Origin: Amoeboradix gromovi X-113
Lineage: Eukaryota; Fungi; Sanchytriomycota
Direction of reading: 5' to 3'
DNA length: 9,435 nucleotides
Assembly: GCA_018985225.1 (NCBI GenBank)
Contig: JADGIF010000392.1
Location: 1-9,435, forward strand
Below, piece by piece: positions 1 through 9,435 of the stretch (positions are counted from its first letter, which is position 1; each line of letters starts with the position of its first letter). The position numbers and the translations under genes are program-made. The notes below the pieces were generated by a model. That model saw only the letters and a program-made list of their open reading frames with translations, made no database searches and was not told the DNA's origin.

Positions 1-155
1 CTTAGATGCTCAAAGACCTCATATATTTGAACGAGATGCAGGGTCTTCTAGTTTTATTTTGAAGAGGGGATTGAAAGTAATGAAAGAAAACTGGTATAAC
101 AGAAGATCTTTTATTAATGATAGCATTTCCTCCATATGGTGCACCTTTAAAAACG

Positions 156-183
156 AGTTAGTCTAGTTTTTATATTTGGTGTC
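156..183 (-). repeat. 28-bp dispersed inverted repeat, left copy
   Basis: The reverse complement GACACCAAATATAAAAACTAGACTAACT matches 9335-9362 at 25 of 28 positions. Confidence 0.6.
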
Positions 184-209
184 AGCTGTAGGTGTCCTAG
201 GTCTGAAAC

Positions 210-2851
210 ATGCTTTCGAAAGTGACCCAAAATCTAATCCAACCTATAAATGATAGCGTGGTAGAACTTACAGTGGTCGCAAGTAATGCGCAAGTTCATA
301 ACACACCAATTCCAAATTTAACAGCCGTCAGTACTCCAGTAGCTGCCAATATAAAGAATCTAGTCGTGGCTGCTCGCAAAACACTAGAACATAACATAAT
401 CCAATCTAAATCATTTCTAAGTGGTAATTTAGAGACTGAACACGAGAATAAAATAAATCAGCTACTTCCTAAAATTGATGCTATTGGTATTAAATCAAAT
501 GACGCTAGTTTAAGCCTTATTCACAACTGCAAAGAATTAGCAGACTCGCCACTTCACCCGGATTATTTAAATGGATTAGTTGAATGTTTAAAAATTATTT
601 TGTTGTCTACACAAGACTTGCTAAATATTTGGGATGAATCCGAAGTATTGCGTATATCGAGTGTATCCAAATCTCTTCGTGAGCGTATCCTCATCCTTCG
701 GCATAGCGATTTCAGCTCTTTTATCAAAAATCCGCAGCTTTTACTTCAAGTGACCAAACCTGTTTATCAGTTGGCAGTAATGTTAATCCAACTAGTTAAA
801 ACGCGTGCTAATGACTTGTTGAATCCATTTGTATCTCAGTTTTTAACTTCTAAATTGTATTTGTTAGAGCAGATGTCTCCATTATTGATTGCGATTTCTA
901 AATGCAATTTCGAATATGTTCAAGTCCTATTGGCCATGTCAAAAACTGATATTAATGTCAACATGCAAGGCTCTCTTTATAACCATTGCGATGTAGCTAT
1001 AAATATCTGTTTGGATATTGAATCTGCCCTTGTTATTGGTGACTTACCGTTAACCATGGTTCCAGTTATCAGCAACACCCTCCCTCTCTTTGATTCATCT
1101 AATGTTGATGTTGCTATCCGAGATTTTAAACAGTCGAATACTTCGCTAAGTTTTGTCCGCACTGTCTCTAATTTGCTCGCAGTTGCCGGCCAATATAGCC
1201 AGTACTTTATTCCCAGCGGTAAATCTATAATAGACAGTTACTCAAGTCTTATCGCTGATGAGTTATCCCTTTTAAATGGCAATAAATTCAATGAGTCCGT
1301 TGCTATAAATGTCTCAAACGCCTTGGTTAAACTAAATCATCACTTGAATGTCTATACATTTGCATCATTAAAACAGCGACTAGAATCAAATGATCCTAAT
1401 TGCGTACCATTGCTGGGCAAGTTGCTCAGTGAGATCACCAATTTAATGAACACAGATGCTATTAACTACGCCTGTTTACTGAATACTCTCACAATCAACT
1501 CAGCTATTAGAAAAGACTCTAAACAGATGATCGAATCGTATAAAGAATCTTTGGGTAGCGAATTTAGCAGCACTTGCCAGGTGGTAGCTCACGAAAAGAT
1601 CGTTGCTAATAATTTCAATAATACTTGCTCTACTTTGTACAATATGATATTTAATCAGGGCAAGTCTAGTATACAGTTTAATACACTGATCGAACCTTTG
1701 CTGAGCAATGTAATAGATTGTAAAAAAGCAGCTGCAGATGATTTGATAAACAAAGAAATATATCGATTGCTGTCCTCCAAGACTGGTAATATTGCTGGTG
1801 TATTGAATACAATGATCAAGTTAAATAGTAATGGTAATATCATTGAGCTATATACTCTATCCAAGTCTCTCCCAAAGAACAAAGAGTATTCAGTATTGGA
1901 GTCATTGATACTGAACAAATGCGAGGGCTGCAACGTTAACAAGGAAGAGCTAGATAACCTATGTAGATTTGTAGAGAACGAAGTAAATCAGTTGGACCCT
2001 AGCGAGGTCAAAAGCGAATTAATCTCGCAGTTGGAGATCATCAGAACATTTCAGAAATCATCAAATGTCAAAGCAGCAGTGCAAAATTGGGAAGAGCTAC
2101 ACAAGCGTATATCGACTGCTAATATTGAACTTGAAAACAAAGAGTTAGAGGAACTCAAGAGAATGGAAGAAATTAAAATTAGCAGCGATAAAGTAAATGA
2201 AGAAACGGTTGAGGAAGAAGAGGAGGATGTGCCTTGGATCGAGTCTACTATTCCACAGCCTATAGTACTTACATATTAATATAGACCATCCTGAAAATTG
2301 CTAATGATTTGAAAATCCAAACATCTCGATGGGTTAAAGATGGTAACACAATAGTGCAAGCTGCCACAAGGATAAGCGAGACCTTGAAAAGCTTGGCGCA
2401 TTCTTTTGATAACGAAATGACACCTGAACAGCGCTTGAAAATTGTCCAGGACTGTAAGTTACTGATAGTAAACTGCGACGATTTAGTGAAATATGCATTA
2501 GAACTAGCAGCGGCATGTCCAGATAAGAGACTCAAGGAACAGGTGGAATTGGCGTGTGAGCGCATACCGAGTATAGTCCAACAATTGAGAATATTAATGA
2601 ACGTAAAGATGAGTAGCGCGAAGAACGTTGACAACGAACATTTGATAATTAGTAGTGCCATGAACTTAAGCGAGGCGGTAGGAAATGTACTATGGGCATG
2701 CGAGGGTGCATACGTTAAGATAAATAGTAAAAATGCAAGTTATACTTTGGGATCAAGTACATTCAAAGTAGCGCCCAACGTGAAGATGCAGCATGTTAAA
2801 CCCCGAATGAACAAGTTTTTGCAAGAAGTGAGACAAATGAGTGTGGAATAA
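210..2851 (+). CDS. Vinculin/alpha-catenin family protein; exons 210-2264 and 2285-2851, 873 aa spliced
   Basis: The N-terminus LIQPINDSVVELTVV...PIPNLTAVSTPVAANIKNLVVAA resembles vinculin D1 (ILEPVAQQISHLVIM...[23 protein letters not shown]). ILLSTQDLLNIWDESEVLRI resembles [20 protein letters not shown]. The C-terminal ANDLKIQTSRWVKDGNTIVQAA and ACPDKRLKEQVELACERIPSIVQQLRIL...SAMNLSEAV match the vinculin tail. Removing the 20-nt GT-AG intron joins ORFs 210-2279 and 2309-2851 in frame. Confidence 0.88.
2265..2284 (+). other. 20-nt spliceosomal intron (GTACTTACATATTAATATAG), phase 0
   Basis: GT...AG ends. Its removal eliminates the in-frame TAA at 2277 and gives QPI|TILKIANDLKIQ in the frame of the 2309 ORF. 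The 3' end reads TTAAT-AT-AG. Confidence 0.85.
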
Positions 2852-2852
2852 A
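2847..2852 (+). terminator. AATAAA poly(A) signal overlapping the vinculin-like stop codon
   Basis: GAA TAA A. Confidence 0.55.
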
Positions 2853-3067
2853 GAGTAAATTATATAAATATCTATCATAAAAACTCCACTGTATGATTAT
2901 TTTCATTAAGAATATTGATATCGATCGTTGAACCATGAATTTATAAATCACAGTTCTTTATCTTGGATTTCTAACAATTTTGGAGATTCAAAATAATATT
3001 TAAAAATCGTATTTTGTATCACAATATTCCCATTTAAAATCAAATTGAAAGTGTTCCTCCTTAGATA

Positions 3068-3277
3068 GGCCAATGATGTTAATCACGACATGGATAAGCT
3101 ACGATCACCTCGTTTGATTTCCCCTACAGTATATTGCGCAACATTGTGGATCACGTGCTAGTTTTTTAATCAATTGGCAATCAATATTGAATCAAGTGAC
3201 TTATCAATGTTATCATGGGGCCAAACTGGACATGTCTCAGGGTATAAATAGAAGTGCTGAGCATTCCCGTCAATTTT
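3068..3277 (+). promoter_or_regulatory. Probable promoter of the phosphatase gene
   Basis: TATAAATA at 3243-3250 lies 35 nt before ATG 3278. Also present: CCAAT 3070-3074, palindrome TTGCGCAA 3134-3141 and E-box ATCACGTG 3150-3157. Confidence 0.45.
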
Positions 3278-4357
3278 ATGAGATTGCCCGCATTAATTAT
3301 TGCGATTTGCTACTCACAGAAAAATATGAAATACTGGGAAGCATGTCAGGACGATATGCGACATGCTAAGTCATATAATTTAAAAGAAATAGCACCAGAC
3401 TATAAATTTCCAGGCTTTGATGAGATCTCAAACGATTCAGGCAATGGAATTGAGTATGACTATAATCCCAGTACCCAATCAAGAGCGCGCCGTGTTTATC
3501 ATAACTATGCAGTATCTTTTAGTGCTTCCCGGTCCGTTGAAGGTGACGAGTTGACAGCTGGTAGCATTGATCTTAGTAGCGAGAATCAAGCACAATACGA
3601 ACTTAGAAGTCTTCGGGATACACAAGTTAAGCAGGTATGCGTAGATCAAGAAGTCGAATTTTTAAAATTAAACACTGATATGCCTAATATAATCTTACCG
3701 GAGCCAAAAAAGCGAATAACCTTGGTATTGGATATGGATGAGACACTTTTCAATCGACCAGAAGATATCAGCCGAGGCCACAAGATTACATTTATAAATC
3801 CAGTGGGAGATGAAGAAACACACTATGTCAGAGCTAGACCATATTTAATGAATTTCTTGCACTATGTCAGTGAGCATGCAGATCTAGTGTTGATGACTAT
3901 GTCCACTAAAAGTAGGGCTGAGGCAATATTATACAATTTCCAAGTTAGATATAGATTTTCTAGGCTAGTTACCCATTTTGACATGACAGAAGACACTGAA
4001 CTTCCAAAGGTTCACGTCAAACCTATACAAAAGATGTTTGATGAGTCAAGAACATTTAAAAATGTTTTACACATTGATGATAGACCAGGTACGTTCTTGT
4101 TAAATCAACTGAATGGACTGAGAATCAGAAAATACACGAGTGAGGATAATGACAGGCAATTATTGGAGTTTAAAAAGATTTTAAATTATATTTTTAAATG
4201 TTTTGATGTAACAGAAGATGTCAGAGATTGTGTTGCAGATCTTAAGACCAAGTATAGGGGAGATTTCGATGGTTACTGGTCTGATGAATATAAGGAACGA
4301 GCAGAAGATGAGTATGTCGGTTTGGGACAGATCCTAGATCGCACCCCTAGAGAATAG
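3278..4357 (+). CDS. FCP1/SCP-like (NIF domain) HAD-superfamily phosphatase, 359 aa, possible N-terminal signal peptide
   Basis: KKRITLVLDMDETLF carries an intact DxDxT motif. YVRARPYLMNFL, LMTMSTKSRAEAIL, VLHIDDRP and NDRQLLEF follow the NIF/FCP1 pattern. The first ATG is at 3278 (the track starts at a GTG at 3254). Confidence 0.85.
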   Translation: MRLPALIIAICYSQKNMKYWEACQDDMRHAKSYNLKEIAPDYKFPGFDEISNDSGNGIEYDYNPSTQSRARRVYHNYAVSFSASRSVEGDELTAGSIDLSSENQAQYELRSLRDTQVKQVCVDQEVEFLKLNTDMPNIILPEPKKRITLVLDMDETLFNRPEDISRGHKITFINPVGDEETHYVRARPYLMNFLHYVSEHADLVLMTMSTKSRAEAILYNFQVRYRFSRLVTHFDMTEDTELPKVHVKPIQKMFDESRTFKNVLHIDDRPGTFLLNQLNGLRIRKYTSEDNDRQLLEFKKILNYIFKCFDVTEDVRDCVADLKTKYRGDFDGYWSDEYKERAEDEYVGLGQILDRTPRE

Positions 4358-4407
4358 AGGAGTGATGAGAATAAAAATAATTAATTTTCGACTTCATAAA
4401 TCGCACT

Positions 4408-5238
4408 TTACTTGTGAAATACATACAACTCCCTTCTCTGAAATCCCCCAACCTGGTTATCAAGCTCGACAATCTCATATCTTTTAAATCCAGCCTCCAA
4501 TACGATATTGGGAATATCATCAGGGATAATTTCCAAATCTAAGTAGCTTTCGTAGTTGCTGGGGTGTAGCTTCTTCCAGTATGAATCTGCGTCGTGCAAT
4601 TCCAATACGAATAATCCGTCTTCGCTTAATAAACTATACATCTTTCCAATAAATGATTTTAAACCTGCGTCCCTGTATTCCAAATGGATCCATTTTATTA
4701 CAGACAAGCATAGCACAACATCAAATAAGTGATTTATTTTATACTTTATGATGTCTGCATAGTTAAACTGAATGTTAAATCTATTCAACAAAATCTTCTT
4801 TTCATCTAAGCCTAGATATTTGCCTGCAGATTTGGGTAGATCATACTCACTTTGGAGAATAACATCAGTTGTATAACAGATAGCCTTTCTAACCAGAGAA
4901 TGGTCTATGTCGCAGCCTACATACAAACTGTAATCTGTATCCAAATACACATCAGCGGCTACTGTTCCTTGATGGCACCCGATATCTAATATGTCCTTGT
5001 AATCCAAGTATATTTTCAATTTGGCGATTCTATCATCACTGTCTCTATATTTATAGTAATCATCATAATTACCAAACTTAGTGAAGAGGTCTAAATCTAC
5101 TGGTATCATTGCCTTGAGCAAATCATCTTTCGGGTACTTATTCTTTAAATTGCGTAACAACAGCCCGTTTCTTAAATGAGGAAGTTTATCAAGCAATTGT
5201 GCGTGCTGCTTAAGTAGATAATTAATCTCCCTTTGCAT
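4408..5238 (-). CDS. Bin3/MEPCE-family SAM-dependent RNA methyltransferase (7SK/U6 methylphosphate capping enzyme-like), 276 aa
   Basis: FGNYDDYYKYR...DDR, the SAM motif ILDIGCHQG, GCDIDHSLVRKA, FDVVLCLSVIKWIHL and a C-terminal GFQRRELYVFHK are hallmarks of the Bin3 family. Confidence 0.9.
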   Translation of the reverse strand: MQREINYLLKQHAQLLDKLPHLRNGLLLRNLKNKYPKDDLLKAMIPVDLDLFTKFGNYDDYYKYRDSDDRIAKLKIYLDYKDILDIGCHQGTVAADVYLDTDYSLYVGCDIDHSLVRKAICYTTDVILQSEYDLPKSAGKYLGLDEKKILLNRFNIQFNYADIIKYKINHLFDVVLCLSVIKWIHLEYRDAGLKSFIGKMYSLLSEDGLFVLELHDADSYWKKLHPSNYESYLDLEIIPDDIPNIVLEAGFKRYEIVELDNQVGGFQRRELYVFHK

Positions 5239-5302
5239 GGAATTTAAAAAACTAAAATATGGAATTAAAGATAGAACTTGACAAAATAAATATAATATAA
5301 AT

Positions 5303-5308
5303 TTTATT
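5303..5308 (-). terminator. AATAAA poly(A) signal overlapping the hydrolase stop codon
   Basis: CAA TAA A on the minus strand. Confidence 0.55.
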
Positions 5309-6500
5309 GTTTGTGACTTGGATCTTCTGCTTTAATGTCTCTAATAAAGTGCTTAATCTCATCAATTGCATAAACTGAATATTTGCCACCGAATATTTGA
5401 AAAAAATGGAATGAATGTGGAAATACCTGTAGCTCAACATTCTTATATATCTTCCTAATGTAGTGTTCACATGATAGCATCTCTTCTTTGTCCCATTGAT
5501 CTAATAACTGGGAATACGAATGCAAGTTGTATTTTTCGTCCTTCAATTTTAAATACAGCCTAATACTATCATCTCTGATTAATTCATCAAATCCTGTTTG
5601 AATCAATATGGGTACATTGCAACCTCTAAAGTCACCAAATAAAGGACTAGCAAACGGATGGTTTGCATTCAATGGATAAATCATATTTGCAGTGCACTCA
5701 TTTAAACCAGGTAATGGATACTCAAGGAAACATTTCCCTAAATTTTCTTTCCACGAGGGGCCACTAATACTCAGATCTATCCAGGGAGAAAGTAAAATTA
5801 TGCTAAAAGGTTGAGTAATCTCAATATCTTTTATAAACAAATAGGCACTTAATAAGGTGCCACCACCAGATGAGTCACCCATCAATGTTACCTTGTAGTT
5901 AAGATTCGTAAAGTGCACATAGGCATTAATAACGTCCAGAATAGATTCCTTGAACTCGTGTTCAGGCGCCAATTTCTGTTGAATCGCAAATAAGTTGACG
6001 CCCGTTGCATCTGTGATTTTACATGTGAAGCTGCGATGTGTCATAGGTGACAAGAAATGAAATGCACCGCCATGTGTGTATAAAATCAAATGATCAGATT
6101 GCACATTTGAATATATCATCTCTCCTTTGAAGCTTTCGGCTGACTTATTTAACCAAGGGTGATATTCCACGCTCAATTTATTTACCGGTATGACCATTTC
6201 CTGAATGTTGTAATTTTTAGGGCAAAATCTAGTGAAGTTGTGAATTGGAAAGCTAGTTATAAACCTCACGAATTCAAATGCACCTCTTCTCCCTGGAGGA
6301 TTCACCCTTATACCATGCTTTAAAAACAGTTCTATATAATTTAATAGTAGTGATTTTCTAATATTTTTTAAATATTGTATCAATCCTACAACTAACAGCA
6401 CAGGCGTCATGACTCCAAAGTATGCAATATTTCTCAACAACTGAATCGCAAAATACACACTTGACATGGAATTCCATTTAAAAGGTACCAATGGATTCAT
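5304..6500 (-). CDS. Hormone-sensitive-lipase-like alpha/beta hydrolase (esterase/deacetylase), N-terminal hydrophobic segment, 398 aa
   Basis: Oxyanion motif HGGAF, LAPEH, nucleophile elbow GDSSGG, LLSPWIDL, ASPLFG, acid residue in DELIRDD and His in HSFHFF. Hydrophobic stretch IAYFGVMTPVLLVVGLIQYL. Confidence 0.88.
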   Translation of the reverse strand: MNPLVPFKWNSMSSVYFAIQLLRNIAYFGVMTPVLLVVGLIQYLKNIRKSLLLNYIELFLKHGIRVNPPGRRGAFEFVRFITSFPIHNFTRFCPKNYNIQEMVIPVNKLSVEYHPWLNKSAESFKGEMIYSNVQSDHLILYTHGGAFHFLSPMTHRSFTCKITDATGVNLFAIQQKLAPEHEFKESILDVINAYVHFTNLNYKVTLMGDSSGGGTLLSAYLFIKDIEITQPFSIILLSPWIDLSISGPSWKENLGKCFLEYPLPGLNECTANMIYPLNANHPFASPLFGDFRGCNVPILIQTGFDELIRDDSIRLYLKLKDEKYNLHSYSQLLDQWDKEEMLSCEHYIRKIYKNVELQVFPHSFHFFQIFGGKYSVYAIDEIKHFIRDIKAEDPSHKQ

Positions 6501-6890
6501 TTTTGGGATTTCAAAACATCAGGAGTTGATTTGATTTTGGATAGTTTGCGAAGATGCTGCCAAGTGCAGATCGAGTTGACCCCTTCAAGACTGTATCATA
6601 ATTACAGTCCATTATCCGTTCGACACTGCTGGATGTCTGCTCATTTGGTTCCTTAAACTGCTTTACGAGTAAACTGATTTATCTCTTCTTTTCTTCCCAT
6701 CGTCGTACCTCTCTTATATAATTGTAGCACATACTAGGAACAGTTTTCCTTCCTGCTTCTAATTATATAGGGTTTGGATCATAATTGTGGCCGTTCACCG
6801 AAATTCTTGTCAACTAACTAGCAATCACTAAAAAACATAAAGAAAACAACTTAATGTAAAAACAATTGCCCCTAAAAATACAACTACATA

Positions 6891-6894
6891 TTTA

Positions 6895-6896
<2 letters not shown>
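6891..6896 (-). terminator. AATAAA poly(A) signal overlapping the RVB2 stop codon
   Basis: TAA TAA A on the minus strand. Confidence 0.55.
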
Positions 6897-9174
<2,278 letters not shown>

Positions 9175-9175
<1 letters not shown>

Positions 9176-9180
9176 ATAAA
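9175..9180 (+). terminator. AATAAA poly(A) signal overlapping the epimerase stop codon
   Basis: TGA ATAAA. Confidence 0.55.
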
Positions 9181-9334
9181 CTATTTACAGTACATAGCTG
9201 AATTTCGTCTTACCAACAGACTATCTTGCCATAAAATTGTAATTGTATTAACAACAATTTCAATTATTAACACTTAGGACAGTGTTTACAATTACCGCAG
9301 CTCGAATTGCTACATTAAGGAAATCAACACTCGG

Positions 9335-9362
9335 GACATCAAATATAAAAACTGGACCAACT
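9335..9362 (+). repeat. 28-bp dispersed inverted repeat, right copy
   Basis: GACATCAAATATAAAAACTGGACCAACT. All three differences from the left copy are transitions. Confidence 0.6.
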
Positions 9363-9435
9363 TTCTGCAACAACTTGGAACATTATTTCAGCTTTATTAA
9401 TTTTATGGATTTAAGAGGCGAGTGGACATTCAGCT

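Noticed and set aside
2-166. Open frame from the window edge (LDAQRPHIFERD...KNELV*), and a 38-codon minus-strand ORF from ATG 135
   Set aside because: No recognisable homology. Either could be a gene fragment, but this cannot be supported from the window alone.
3228-3237. GGACATGTCT as a p53-type half-site
   Set aside because: It is a single half-site, and there is no evidence for a p53-family factor in this organism.
6554-6762. A plus-strand microgene using a 15-nt GT-AG segment (6593-6607) and a 23-nt one near 6705-6727
   Set aside because: Neither segment has an A at -6 or the YTAAY-RT-AG ending of the three supported introns, and the product resembles nothing recognisable.
6767-6779. 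CCAAACCCTA on the minus strand as a telomerase RNA template
   Set aside because: It does not form a permuted 1.5-copy repeat and no supporting structure is evident.

Overview
This is an AT-rich, very gene-dense eukaryotic window (about 7.8 kb of 9.4 kb is coding). It is most consistent with a genome-reduced, early-diverging fungus or a related unicellular opisthokont, though that taxonomy is inference only. Six genes are supported: a vinculin/alpha-catenin-family protein, an FCP1/SCP-like HAD phosphatase with a possible signal peptide, a Bin3/MEPCE-like RNA methyltransferase, an HSL-family alpha/beta hydrolase, RuvB-like 2 (RVB2) and a glucose-6-phosphate 1-epimerase. The ORF track splits three of them because each has a spliceosomal intron of only 20, 19 or 46 nt. 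All three introns share an unusual grammar: donor GTANTY (T instead of G at +5), and a branch site fused to the acceptor (YTAAY-RT-AG, putative branch A at -6) with no polypyrimidine tract. The 46-nt intron carries a perfect hairpin that would reduce it to roughly the tiny size class. This points to a miniaturised splicing system and is the main finding. Other observations are poly(A) hexamers overlapping stop codons, a 12-residue deletion in the conserved RVB2 N-terminus, and a 28-bp (25/28) inverted repeat bracketing the whole gene block.
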